Origin: a virus
Direction: 5' to 3' (one strand)
DNA length: 64,000 nucleotides
IMG/VR virus record: IMGVR_UViG_3300043598_000012
Coordinates: 1 to 64,000 of that record
The notes beneath the pieces were generated by a model that saw nothing but the letters and a program-made list of their open reading frames with translations, searched no databases and was not told the DNA's origin. Positions within the stretch are counted from its first letter, which is position 1, and each line of letters opens with the position of its first letter. Made by a program: the position numbers and the translations under genes. This document shows, piece after piece, positions 29,051 to 38,785 of the stretch.

Positions 29051-29343
29051 GTGCCCCAGCTGCAAGAGTGAGTACCCGGAGAGGGGCAACAAGGTTCGCT
29101 ACGACGCTGGCGATGCATTCCGCCACAAGGATTGTGACGATCCATTTCATTACGTACGAGACCAGCACTCTCCTGCGATCATGTCTCAGCACCGGGAGAG
29201 CGACATGCGGGTGCACACCAACCTCTCCTTCAGCCTTTACGGCTCGCGCATCCATGTCGAGCAGGCCTTGAAGGATCTCAGGCGGCTGTTGGAGCTGAAC
29301 GGCTATCGAGATGCCAAGATCAGCGGGTTGGTCACCTCACTCA

Positions 29344-30246
29344 GTGGATCCTGATAAGAAGCTCCTCTCCAAGCTCGTAAGGGCTATGAAGAACACGGAG
29401 CAGGATCCTCTGCGCCCGCTCATCGACGAGTACCTCGTGAAGCGGGAGCGGCGGGACCTACGCTCCAAGCGCCTGAAGGAGTACAGGGTTCCTCTTCTAC
29501 CGGACGTGCGGCCAGGTGGGCGTCTCTCTCCCAGCGCCATCTGCGGCTGTAAGCGGCTCGCTGCGTTCAAGTACGCCGGTGTGCAGGGCGACGAGAGGAT
29601 CGACCCTGACACTGAGTTGATCTTCGACGACGGCAACTGGCGGCACCACCGTTGGCAGGCTACCTTCCTCGACATGGAGGCCTTGCTCGGGCGAGAGCGG
29701 ATCCGTGTGCTCGGGATCGAGGATCGTGTCGGCGACGAGCGGCTTCACATTGCAGGTTCACTAGACGTCTTGCTGGCTATCAAGGTGCGACGAGGCAACG
29801 GGATGGTGTGGGAGAAGTACCTCATTGACATTAAGGGGATCAACACCTACGGGTTCAGCCGCATCACCATGGACAACGCGGCCAAGTCGGAGCACGTGCG
29901 GCAGGTCATCACTTACTGCAAACTGCGGCAGATTCGCAGAGGGTTGCTGCTCTACGAGAACAAGAACAGCAACGAGATCCGGGTCTTTCAGGTGCCGTTC
30001 AACCAGAAGCTCTGGCAGGAGGTCGAGGACTGGTCTTTGGAGGTGCTCGACGCCTTGGAGCACAAGCGGCTACCCCCGATGCACCCCGAGTGCGAGGGAG
30101 GCACCTACCTGTGGGAGAAATGCCCTTACCGTCGGCTCTGCTACGGCATGGAGCCAGCTGAGGCGAGGCGTGAGACCTACGTACACTTCAAGGGTGTCGA
30201 CGAGGCTTGGGCGGCTGGCCACGAGGATTGGGAGGAGCGGGGTTGA
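29344..30246 (+). CDS. Cas4-like PD-(D/E)XK exonuclease
   Basis: SPS....C.R, GSLD, DIKG, Q...Y, C-terminal C...CPY...C. Confidence 0.8.
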   Translation: MDPDKKLLSKLVRAMKNTEQDPLRPLIDEYLVKRERRDLRSKRLKEYRVPLLPDVRPGGRLSPSAICGCKRLAAFKYAGVQGDERIDPDTELIFDDGNWRHHRWQATFLDMEALLGRERIRVLGIEDRVGDERLHIAGSLDVLLAIKVRRGNGMVWEKYLIDIKGINTYGFSRITMDNAAKSEHVRQVITYCKLRQIRRGLLLYENKNSNEIRVFQVPFNQKLWQEVEDWSLEVLDALEHKRLPPMHPECEGGTYLWEKCPYRRLCYGMEPAEARRETYVHFKGVDEAWAAGHEDWEERG

Positions 30247-30641
30247 GCAAGCGAGCGTTCTATGGGGAGATTGACGAAGAGCTGGGTTGGTATTGGCTTT
30301 CACCGTCACCTGTTCCTGGCAACCCTCCTTATGCCGAGCTGATGAAGCTTGGCGAGCTGCCTTCCATCGAAACGCAGATCTGTCGTTGGATGGAACACCT
30401 GGCAACTAAGGGCGCCGTTTTCACCGCCGAAGGCACTCTCAAGAAGATCGAGGAGGAGATCGGCGAGCTGAAGGATGCCCCCGACGATCCAGAAGAGGTG
30501 GCAGACATCATCATCGCAGCCATCGTCTTCTTCCATCAGAGTGGACATCGAAATCTTGGCGCTGAGCTGTGCAAGAAGATGCGCAAGAACGAGGCTCGCA
30601 CTTGGGCCATCCAACCAGATGGGAGTTTCCACCATGTCTGA
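30243..30641 (+). CDS. MazG-like all-alpha dNTP pyrophosphohydrolase
   Basis: KIEEEIGEL, EEVADI, KM.KN..R.W....DG...H. Confidence 0.8.
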   Translation: MSKRAFYGEIDEELGWYWLSPSPVPGNPPYAELMKLGELPSIETQICRWMEHLATKGAVFTAEGTLKKIEEEIGELKDAPDDPEEVADIIIAAIVFFHQSGHRNLGAELCKKMRKNEARTWAIQPDGSFHHV

Positions 30642-31161
30642 GGTTTTGCACAGCGATCAGCCAGGCGACATCTCAGGGCCTTCACAAATGGGCGTCGGCA
30701 TGCGAGTACCTGCCATCGTGTTTGACATCGATGGTGTGCTGTGCGACTCGGCCCAGAGCATCGCAGATGCCATCGAGGCAGCTCATGCCGTTGCTGAGCA
30801 TGTCGACTGGATCGAGTGGAACAAGGGCGAATTCGCCTGCCACCCCGAGTACGTAGCCTTGGCTCAGCTACTCGCTCAGGCGGACGTGGCGATCATCCTG
30901 CTCACAGCCCGCCAGGAGCCTTCAAGGGAAGTCACGGAGTTGTGGCTCCAGAAGCACAGCATCCCCTTCGATGAGTTGCTCATGCGACCCATGGACCACG
31001 ACTACTTCACCTGGAAGCAGGATGCTCTCTTGGCCTTGCGGAGCTCCGCATTTGACGTAAAGGTGGTGCTGGAGGATTCCTCCGCACACGTCGCTGCCAT
31101 TCGCCGAGAGGTCGAGCTGCCGGTGATCCACGTGCAGAACGTGGGGAGTCACCTCCAGTAG
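30634..31161 (+). CDS. HAD phosphatase (PseT/PNK phosphatase-like)
   Basis: FDIDGVL, LTAR, T..WL, LLMRP, K...ED. Confidence 0.85.
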   Translation: MSEVLHSDQPGDISGPSQMGVGMRVPAIVFDIDGVLCDSAQSIADAIEAAHAVAEHVDWIEWNKGEFACHPEYVALAQLLAQADVAIILLTARQEPSREVTELWLQKHSIPFDELLMRPMDHDYFTWKQDALLALRSSAFDVKVVLEDSSAHVAAIRREVELPVIHVQNVGSHLQ

Positions 31162-31163
31162 CC

Positions 31164-31352
31164 GTGGCACTCGATGACATCCCTTCCGCCGCCACCGCTG
31201 ATCCCCATTGTCCGGCATGCAGGCTCGGACGAGGTGACGAGATCGACTATGCACTCGGCGGGGAGACGATCTATCAGTGTGACACGTGTCAGCACCGTTG
31301 GGCCGAGCGAGATCGAGGTCACCAGAGCTCTGCGCACAGGCCAGGGAACTAG
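31164..31352 (+). CDS. small zinc-ribbon protein
   Basis: CPAC...YQCDTCQHRW. Confidence 0.5.
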   Translation: MALDDIPSAATADPHCPACRLGRGDEIDYALGGETIYQCDTCQHRWAERDRGHQSSAHRPGN

Positions 31353-31540
31353 GGACGCCAGGGGCGCCGCCGACTCCTTCGCCCTGGCCCGCATGCTCGA
31401 ACTGTTCGCCGCGGTCGATGATGTATGCTCTGAGGACGACGCATTCGCCCCCGACAAGTTGCGCATGGGCCTAGGGAGGATTTACAGAGCATGGAAAATC
31501 TGTCGGGCGGAGTTGGATCCCAACTTCAATGCTGAACGTG

Positions 31541-31972
31541 ATGGACTGGCTAAGGCGGAAGGCGGAGCAGTCAGTCATGGAGCAGGAGGAACCGATGCTA
31601 CCATGCACACTTCTCATGCACCTGTTCTACGGCCCCGATATCGACGGAAGGTCAGAGCCCGCCCGTGATCAACGAGAGCAATTGGCCAAGGCCTTATGTG
31701 CCACATGCGAGCAGCGGGTTCCCTGCCTTAGACGAGCGGTGCGGAACAGGGAGAATCTAGGTGTACAGGGCGGCATGGGCGAAGGAGAGCGAAGAGCTTA
31801 CCTTCAGCACCTCAAGGATGAAGGTTACGAGAACTGTCCAGAGGATGATGTCGAGTTGTACGCATCACTTAGAGAGTTTTACCAGAAACACGAAGGCCGC
31901 TACATACATACGCTGGAGTTGGATGTGATGGCTGAGTGGGAAGCTTATCATTGGATGCTAGAGTCCGAATGA
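31541..31972 (+). CDS. whiB: WhiB-family transcription factor
   Basis: C...LF...AKALC..C.....C...A.....GVQGG....ERR. Confidence 0.85.
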   Translation: MDWLRRKAEQSVMEQEEPMLPCTLLMHLFYGPDIDGRSEPARDQREQLAKALCATCEQRVPCLRRAVRNRENLGVQGGMGEGERRAYLQHLKDEGYENCPEDDVELYASLREFYQKHEGRYIHTLELDVMAEWEAYHWMLESE

Positions 31973-32451
31973 GCTTTTCAGTACTCGGTGTAGACCTTTC
32001 GTTGACAGCCACCGGCATCAATTTGAACGACGGCAAGCCTCGACAGCACCGTCTTATCCGCACCAAGCCGGATGAGCATCTGGAGGTGCGAAAAGATCGG
32101 ATCGTCACTTCCATCCTCCGCTATGCGAAGAGGTCGAGGTGCAGCATCGTGCTCTTGGAGAAACTCAACAGCGGTCCCAAGAACCACGACAACCGACCAG
32201 CTCAGGCCATGAGCGTCGTGACTCGGGAACTCTGGTTGGCGGGCATCCCTTACGATGAGGTGGCCAGCAACACGGTCAAGCTCTACGCCACCGGCAACGG
32301 TCGAGCTGAGAAGCCGGAGATGGTCGAGGCAGCAGAGGCGCTCGGGGTGGACCTGAGCGCGTACGCCAAGTCGCTCCGCCACAACGTGGCTGATGCCATC
32401 TGGGTTGCTGCTTGGGGATACTCCCACCGAGATACGCTGTCTGTGATATAG
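31969..32451 (+). CDS. ruvC: RuvC-like Holliday junction resolvase
   Basis: VLGVDLSLTATG, LE, VK.YATG.GRA.K..M, N.ADA. Confidence 0.88.
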   Translation: MSFSVLGVDLSLTATGINLNDGKPRQHRLIRTKPDEHLEVRKDRIVTSILRYAKRSRCSIVLLEKLNSGPKNHDNRPAQAMSVVTRELWLAGIPYDEVASNTVKLYATGNGRAEKPEMVEAAEALGVDLSAYAKSLRHNVADAIWVAAWGYSHRDTLSVI

Positions 32452-32458
32452 TGGTGGG

Positions 32459-33004
32459 GTGCGGACGTGTCCCAAGTGTGGTCAGACCAAGCCTGAGTCG
32501 TGCTTCTACCAGAGTAAGAAGACCAACGGTTGTAGAGCGTGCGAGCGTTTGGCTGCTGGCAAGTACAAGAGGAAACTGACGCCTGAGCGTAGGGCAGAGA
32601 TCAACGCTAGAGCTCGTCAGCGACACCAAGAGCGCCGGAAGGATCCTGAGTACGTAGAGGCCAGGAACGCAAGAGCGAGGGCGCAGAGCCGAGCAGCACG
32701 AGAGGACCCTGTGCGTCGAGCTGCCATAGCGGCAGCCACTAGAAGTCGCAACCTGTTGAAGGCCCACGGCATGCAGGAGGAGGACTTCGACGAGCTCTGC
32801 GAACTGCAAGGTGGCGTCTGTGCCTTGTGCGACGGGATCCCGAGTGGCCGCGGCCCGAACAAGTTCTTGCACGTAGACCACGATCACACTTCTGGTGTGC
32901 TGAGGATGCTCCTGTGTAGCAACTGCAACACGGCTCTCGGGCTCATGAAAGACAACCCTGATCTGCTTCGAAAGGCAGCCGAGTACTTGGAGATCTTCGC
33001 ATGA
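32459..33004 (+). CDS. endonuclease VII-family HNH homing endonuclease
   Basis: C..C, VDHDH..G..R.LLC..CN..LG...D; leaderless TATAGT-N6-GTG. Confidence 0.88.
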   Translation: MRTCPKCGQTKPESCFYQSKKTNGCRACERLAAGKYKRKLTPERRAEINARARQRHQERRKDPEYVEARNARARAQSRAAREDPVRRAAIAAATRSRNLLKAHGMQEEDFDELCELQGGVCALCDGIPSGRGPNKFLHVDHDHTSGVLRMLLCSNCNTALGLMKDNPDLLRKAAEYLEIFA

Positions 33005-33017
33005 TCCATGTGGCCCG

Positions 33018-33314
33018 TTGGGGCAAGCACCACGAGCACGAGCTCGACGTAGGATAGGTGCTGTGAAGTCCCCCAGCCACTTCCGATGCTTCCCCTGTCG
33101 AGCGCTCACCGAGATCGATCGGTCGCTGGAGCTCATGACGTGCGCCAACTGCGGAACGCACGAGGGAGACCTGGTCAACATAGTGGCTTGCCCACGGCCA
33201 GAGACCTACACGCTTCCCGGCGAGAGCTGGCGGTGCAGCCTTCCCTTCCACGACTACCAGCGGGACGCCCACGTGGTCCCTTGGGAGCAGCGTGAGATGC
33301 TGCTGACGGACTGA
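33018..33314 (+). CDS. Cys-rich hypothetical protein
   Basis: CFPC, CANC; start uncertain. Confidence 0.45.
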   Translation: MGQAPRARARRRIGAVKSPSHFRCFPCRALTEIDRSLELMTCANCGTHEGDLVNIVACPRPETYTLPGESWRCSLPFHDYQRDAHVVPWEQREMLLTD

Positions 33315-33511
33315 TGGCTACTGCAACCAAGACCCTCAACTTCAAGATCAACCTGGCCCCACTCCGCTGGGCGCTGCGCCAGATCGACCACACGCTCACG
33401 ACTTGGTTCAACAAGCCATGGAACGTTGAGAACAAGTACGACCGACAGCGGCTGCGCGAGCTCGCCCAGAACGCAGTCGTGCTCGATGCTCTCGCTGATG
33501 ACGATGCCTGA
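33314..33511 (+). CDS. hypothetical protein
   Basis: TGATG coupling. Confidence 0.5.
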   Translation: MATATKTLNFKINLAPLRWALRQIDHTLTTWFNKPWNVENKYDRQRLRELAQNAVVLDALADDDA

Positions 33512-33807
33512 GCCCACCAAGCGGGAGATCAACCGGGGCATCGCCAGGGGGGCTCGTTGCCCCAACTGTCGAGCCTTCTGGTCTTGGTGTGTCTGCTCTG
33601 CTGTGGAGCGAGCATCTGCCATGCGAGCCCTGCTGGAGGAGCAGGTGCTGCTCTTCCGAGAGGTGGCTCACTGTGCCTGGCACCTCCTCGACGATGGTGG
33701 TGAAGTCGAGGGCGATGATGAGATGTGGCAAGGATCCAAGCGGGATGCCGACAGACTCTCGGATGCGCTCAACGACCTAGAGGCGAGTGGCTGGGACGCA
33801 CACCCTG

Positions 33808-34764
33808 ATGCCTGACTTCCTGCCTGATGGTGAAGAGCGCTTCGAGGAGCTCGTGGAGTTCATGCTCCACATGCACAGCAGCCGGGACCTCGATCCGCTG
33901 TACCCAGTGCTGCGCAAGCTCCAGAACAACTTCAACCGAGAGCAGGGGCTCTGGTTCAGCTTCCTCTACGTGGCGTGGTACAACCTGCCTTCGGCTTGGG
34001 CAGCGTTCAACATGTCTACCTACCCGACCGAGCTGCTACCTCTGTGGCTGGACCCCAAGTGGCCGACCGGCACAGAGCGTCGAGCCAACCGTGGTGGCAA
34101 GGTGGCCGAACACATCCAGGACTACATGCTCAAGATCGCGGGGAGCCGTAGTCAGTACCGCTGGTACACCAAGGACTTGGTGCTGGATGATCTTGATCAA
34201 GCAACCAAGGAGATCAACTGGTACACGCTCAACGAGCGCATCCAGTCACTCTTCATGAACGGTCGTTGGGCGGGATACAAGCACTGCGAGGTGCTGGCCA
34301 AGGTCAACGGCATCCCAGTGCTAGCTCCCCACATGGGTCACGCCAACAGTAGCGGACCTCGCCAAGGTCTTGCTATGATCTACGATTGCAGCGAGCTGAC
34401 TGGCAACGACCCAGGCACCATCGCTGTGCTCGATGAGATGAGCGCGGACCTGACCTTCCAACTCGACCAAGCTCTCCCCGGCTTGAACCTGGAGATAGAG
34501 GACGTGGAGACGATCCTCTGCAACTGGAAGTCGCTGATGAAGGGCAAGTACTACGTCGGTCACGACATCGACGAGCTGCAAGAGCAGATCCTCCGAGCAG
34601 AGGAGCGTGGCATCCTTTCGAAGGAGTCCTCGCGCTACCTGTGGCGGGCTCGCAAGGCCGTCTTGCCGCACGAGTACCTCGGTGAACTGGGAGGATGGGA
34701 GGGCGTAGACCGACGGCGCATGGCTGCGTACAAAGACACTGGAAGGATTGAGGTGCGATCGTGA
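33808..34764 (+). CDS. amino-acid:DNA transferase (aGPT-Pplase2/AADT family)
   Basis: DLDPLY, Y..WYN, TERR, GRW..YK..E, SSGPR.GL, ETILC..K, YYVGHDIDE. Confidence 0.82.
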   Translation: MPDFLPDGEERFEELVEFMLHMHSSRDLDPLYPVLRKLQNNFNREQGLWFSFLYVAWYNLPSAWAAFNMSTYPTELLPLWLDPKWPTGTERRANRGGKVAEHIQDYMLKIAGSRSQYRWYTKDLVLDDLDQATKEINWYTLNERIQSLFMNGRWAGYKHCEVLAKVNGIPVLAPHMGHANSSGPRQGLAMIYDCSELTGNDPGTIAVLDEMSADLTFQLDQALPGLNLEIEDVETILCNWKSLMKGKYYVGHDIDELQEQILRAEERGILSKESSRYLWRARKAVLPHEYLGELGGWEGVDRRRMAAYKDTGRIEVRS

Positions 34765-34894
34765 AGAAGTTCGAACCGCCCCGTGAGGGCGACAGCTGGA
34801 GGGTGTACACCAAGCGAGAGGCCAAGCGTCTCCGCACCACCCGGCGTCGTGTCATCCGGGCCATGGCCAAGAACAACCGGAAGGTGGTCGAGAA

Positions 34895-35143
34895 GTGAGG
34901 CTCATCACAGCAGCCATAGGAGGTGCCATCGCCGGAGGAGTCATGGCGTGCTCTGCCAGTTCTGGCGCTGATGTCTCTGACGTCAAGACGGACAGCTTCG
35001 AGCTGGACCTTCGAGAGCCAGGCATCCAGGTCGCGGACTTCGTGAACGAGCACGGCAAGCCGTGCACCGTCGTCGGCGAGCGTGCAGGTGATGGCGGAGA
35101 CGGCGTGTCGCTCTCCCTTTCCTGCGACTGGAGTGCTCGATGA
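34895..35143 (+). CDS. putative lipoprotein
   Basis: Signal peptide with VMAC lipobox-like site. Confidence 0.5.
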   Translation: MRLITAAIGGAIAGGVMACSASSGADVSDVKTDSFELDLREPGIQVADFVNEHGKPCTVVGERAGDGGDGVSLSLSCDWSAR

Positions 35144-35442
35144 GCTCTCGAGAGATCGTCGCAGTCATCCTCATGGTGGCAGCAGCAGCGGTGCTCGCCA
35201 ACGGAGGACACGTGTGGGCCGCTGCTGCTGTGCTCATCTTCGGCGGCATCATCGCAGCAGCGAGTGGGAGCTCTGGGCACGATGGCTGAGGGCTACGACG
35301 TAGAGCTCTCTGACGCCAACGGCGAGATCTTCACCGCCACGCTCTACTCCGAAGATCAGTTCGAGCGGGTCAAGCGAGCCAACGAGTCGGGACTACTCAA
35401 GGTGCGCACATTCATCATCGAGCACAACAAGAGAGAGGTCTG

Positions 35443-35829
35443 ATGAGCGCTGTTCGAGAGCGTCCGCCGGTCATGCGCCATGGCCAGACCACCTCGTTTC
35501 ACGTGGGCGAGGCCAAGGGCTACATGACCGTCAACCTGTCGGAGGATGGCAGGCCCATCGAGATCTTTCTGAAGCTCGCCAAGCAGGGTTCCACCCTCTC
35601 CGGCATCTTCGACTCGCTCGCCATCCTCATCAGCCACTCGCTACAGCGGGGCGTTGGCGTCGAAGAGATCTGCGACTCGCTCATCGGGCTCCGCTTCGAG
35701 CCTTGGGGGCAGACCAACGACCCTGACATCCCTGAGGCACGTTCGATCAGCGACTACATCGGTCGTCGGCTCGCGCTCGACTACGTGGACTGGGAGGTCG
35801 CTTCCGAGCTCCTCCAGAAGCACCAGTGA
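35443..35829 (+). CDS. stand-alone TSCPD domain (class II RNR C-terminal-like)
   Basis: GYMTVN..DGRP.EIF....KQGST..G, S.SLQ.GV, RFEP.G.T....I..A.SI.DY. Confidence 0.85.
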   Translation: MSAVRERPPVMRHGQTTSFHVGEAKGYMTVNLSEDGRPIEIFLKLAKQGSTLSGIFDSLAILISHSLQRGVGVEEICDSLIGLRFEPWGQTNDPDIPEARSISDYIGRRLALDYVDWEVASELLQKHQ

Positions 35830-36386
35830 CCTGCATCGCAGCCGTCGCTGGTGAAGACGGCACCGTGTACATGGGCGGGGACTCCGCAGGGATCGACTCG
35901 CGTCTCGACCTTGGCATCCACGCTGAGACCAAGGTGTGGCGCTCAGGTCCGGCGCTCTTCGGGGCGTGTGGCTCCTTCCGAGTCGCCCAGCTCATCCGCA
36001 ACAAGATGCACGTGCCGACCTACGAGCCGGGTGACGATGTCTGGCCCTACCTGGTCGGCCCGTTCATCGACGCCATGCGTGAGTCGCTGGCCATGGGCGG
36101 AGCCCTGGCGCAGTGGCTGGAAGATGCTAACGAGTCGATGTTCGGCAGCTTCGTGGTGGCCGTCGGCGGCAGGGTCTTTGAGATGTACGAGGACTTCGGC
36201 GTCGGAGAGCTTGTGCACGGCTACGCCGCAGTGGGTTGCGGAGCTCCGATGGCTGTCGGTTCCTTGGCGACCACCGAGCACCTTCGAGTAGGCCCCAAGC
36301 GTCGAGTCGAACTTGCTCTAGAGGCAGCGGAGCGACACAGCGGAGGGGTGCGAGGCCCCATGCATATTGAGAAGCTCCCTGCATGA
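35826..36386 (+). CDS. Ntn-hydrolase, HslV/proteasome-beta-like peptidase
   Basis: M-T-C-I N-terminal Thr, GGDS, K, G.CGS.R, YAAVG.G...A.G.L. Confidence 0.8.
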   Translation: MTCIAAVAGEDGTVYMGGDSAGIDSRLDLGIHAETKVWRSGPALFGACGSFRVAQLIRNKMHVPTYEPGDDVWPYLVGPFIDAMRESLAMGGALAQWLEDANESMFGSFVVAVGGRVFEMYEDFGVGELVHGYAAVGCGAPMAVGSLATTEHLRVGPKRRVELALEAAERHSGGVRGPMHIEKLPA

Positions 36387-36964
36387 CTCTTCCTGACCAC
36401 GAGATCGAAGCGGCGGTGCGCAGCCACAACCTGGGCATCGAGCCATTCAACGAGGAACAGCTCCAGCCTGCGAGCTACGACTTGCGGTTGGATCGCTACT
36501 TCCGCCGAGTGCGTGGTGCAGCTTCTGAGGCGCGGCTCGTGGACCCCGCTAAGGACCAGGACTGGACTGTCGAGGCGCACCCTGTGCACCGTGGCGGCAG
36601 GCCTATGATCGGCTTGGAACCTAACAAGATGCTGCTGGCGAGCACTGTGGAGCGGATCCGGATGCCCGCCCACCTCGTCGCCCGTGTTGAGGGCAAGAGC
36701 TCGCTGGCTCGGCTAGGCCTGTTCGTGCACGTCACGGCAGGCTTCATCGACCCAGGCTTCGAAGGTCACATCACGCTGGAGCTCTACTGCGGCAACGGGC
36801 GGGGCATCATCCTCTACCCCGGCATGCCCATTGCTCAGATCGCTTTCGACCGGATGGACTCGCCACCCCGCCAGGTGTACGCCGGGAAGTACCAGGGCTC
36901 CAACGAGCCTGGGCCAGTGCCTTCTAGGTACCACCAGAACTTCCCACTCAAGGAGATGACATGA
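36383..36964 (+). CDS. dcd: dCTP deaminase
   Basis: QLQPASYDLRL, EGKSSLARLGL.VH.TAGFIDPGF.G.ITLE, GKYQG. Confidence 0.95.
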   Translation: MTLPDHEIEAAVRSHNLGIEPFNEEQLQPASYDLRLDRYFRRVRGAASEARLVDPAKDQDWTVEAHPVHRGGRPMIGLEPNKMLLASTVERIRMPAHLVARVEGKSSLARLGLFVHVTAGFIDPGFEGHITLELYCGNGRGIILYPGMPIAQIAFDRMDSPPRQVYAGKYQGSNEPGPVPSRYHQNFPLKEMT

Positions 36965-37206
36965 ATAACGGCGACAAGGTCAAGGACAAGATCACGGGCT
37001 TTGAGGGCACCGTGACCGGGCGGGTCGAGTACATCACCGGCTGCAACCAGCTGTTGGTGCAGCCATCTTCCAAGGACGGCACTGAGATGCCCAAGTCGTC
37101 TTGGATCGACGAGGACCGTTGCGAGCTCGTCGTGGCCATGTTCGTCGACCCCAACACGCTCCAGAAGCGCAACCCTGGCTTCGGCGAGCCTGCTCCGATC
37201 CGATGA
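36961..37206 (+). CDS. small conserved phage protein (SH3-like)
   Basis: GDKVKD.ITGF.G.VT.R..Y.TGC....VQP...W.DE.R. Confidence 0.7.
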   Translation: MNNGDKVKDKITGFEGTVTGRVEYITGCNQLLVQPSSKDGTEMPKSSWIDEDRCELVVAMFVDPNTLQKRNPGFGEPAPIR

Positions 37207-37587
37207 AGTACTTCATGAGCGATGCCGAGATCGCCAACCGCAAGAAGGCTCGTTGCGACATCCTCGATGCCGTCAACAAGGGCCGGGACAAGCCTCTTCG
37301 CATGCGCCACATCCAGCGAGCAGCGCACGTCGCCCGCCATCAGAAGCTCGTCAAGAAGAACGTGCTGGTGGCAGTGGGGTTCAACCCAACCAGCCGGTGA
37401 GGGCGGAGCCAGGGGATCGAGTTCTGTTGCGAGGAGATCACCCCTACTGCGGGCATACAGGTTCCGTAACAGAACCTTTGCACTCTACGGCAGCAGGTCA
37501 GGCCATCAAAGTGCGTGTTGATGGTGGACCTGAGGTCTACGCCTTCGGCGATCAATGGACGGGCACACCCAAGGGAAGAAGTGTTCA

Positions 37588-38514
37588 GTGAGAGTTCACC
37601 TGGAAGGGTTCGGGCTTATGGGCAGCCTGCTGGCCCCTCACCTAGAGGACGTTGGTATCGAATTCACTTTCCACGACATCGGTGAAGAGCGAGTGCAGAG
37701 CTGGCGGGCAAGCACCGGCGCCATCATGCCTTTTGGGGACGAAGACTCCATGCAAGGGTTGGAGGACTGGCGGCAGATGGTTCGCTGCAAGGGTACGTTC
37801 CGGGAGCTCTACCTACCACACATCCAGCGAGCTCGGTTCTGCTATTACAGCCAGAACCCTCCGCACGGTGGGGCCAAGTTTGGTGTGGAGGAGATCGCCA
37901 AGGTTGGCGGTGTGCGCATCAGCAACAAGCACAGCTTCCACATTGACGCTCAGCAGGTGGTAGAAATTGCCCGCAGCCACTACCGAAAGCAGCGTCTCGC
38001 CCATCGCCCATCCAAGAAGGCTGACGATGATCTGCTCATCGTGACGCATGGATGGCGTCCGAACACCATCGGCGCCTACTCGTGGGGTTGGAGTGCCATT
38101 GTTACTGCCAGGATGAGTGATGAATTGCAGATCGCCTTAGGCTTTGGGGAGGGTTGCTTCTACCTGCGCAACGGATATCAGGTTTGTTACCTTTACCCTG
38201 TGGGGCGGACGGGCGCCTTTTACGCAGGAACCACACTTGTGACTCAGAAGAACGGCCCCAAGGACCTCGACCCTGAGCCGCACTACAGGCGATGGGCAAA
38301 CCAGCTAGAGAACTTCTCTGGAGGCCACCTCGCTGTCCGAGAACTGCTTCCGAACACTCTGCGGCAAGCCTGGCGCCCTAAGCCTCGCGACGACCAGAGC
38401 GAGCTTGTATGGAGGCGAGGCAGCACGGTCTACTTCCGGCCTGCGGCAGGTAACGGGATCAGGCTTTTCCCGCTCTACCTCGACGCCCTGTTGGCCGAGC
38501 TCGGGGTACGATAG
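37588..38514 (+). CDS. FAD-dependent oxidoreductase (DAO/glycine-oxidase-like)
   Basis: N-terminal GFGLMG Rossmann motif, S..ASTG, AGTT, RP, GNG.R..P. Confidence 0.65.
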   Translation: MRVHLEGFGLMGSLLAPHLEDVGIEFTFHDIGEERVQSWRASTGAIMPFGDEDSMQGLEDWRQMVRCKGTFRELYLPHIQRARFCYYSQNPPHGGAKFGVEEIAKVGGVRISNKHSFHIDAQQVVEIARSHYRKQRLAHRPSKKADDDLLIVTHGWRPNTIGAYSWGWSAIVTARMSDELQIALGFGEGCFYLRNGYQVCYLYPVGRTGAFYAGTTLVTQKNGPKDLDPEPHYRRWANQLENFSGGHLAVRELLPNTLRQAWRPKPRDDQSELVWRRGSTVYFRPAAGNGIRLFPLYLDALLAELGVR

Positions 38515-38536
38515 TACAGAGCCGACTTAACCGGGA

Positions 38537-38785
38537 GTGCAAATGCCGAACGAAGAGAACTACGTGGACCGCACCTACAAGGTTAGGGAGAAGATCGCTC
38601 CTGGCCTGCATGAGGGCGTCACCTTCACGGTGCTACATCAAGACGACGCCGGATTGATCGTAGGGGTGCCCGAGGAGCGCCCAGTGGTGAAGGCTGAGGG
38701 GATCTCCAAGGAGGAGATGGACACCAACCACCGCATCCCCGTCTCCGCTCTCGGGAAGTGCGATGGGGTCACTGATGGCGAGTGA
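38537..38785 (+). CDS. hypothetical protein
   Basis: Coding-like ORF. Confidence 0.5.
   Translation: MQMPNEENYVDRTYKVREKIAPGLHEGVTFTVLHQDDAGLIVGVPEERPVVKAEGISKEEMDTNHRIPVSALGKCDGVTDGE

Noticed and set aside
29344-30246. CRISPR-Cas system
   Set aside because: Solo Cas4-like nucleases are common in phages; no array or other cas genes
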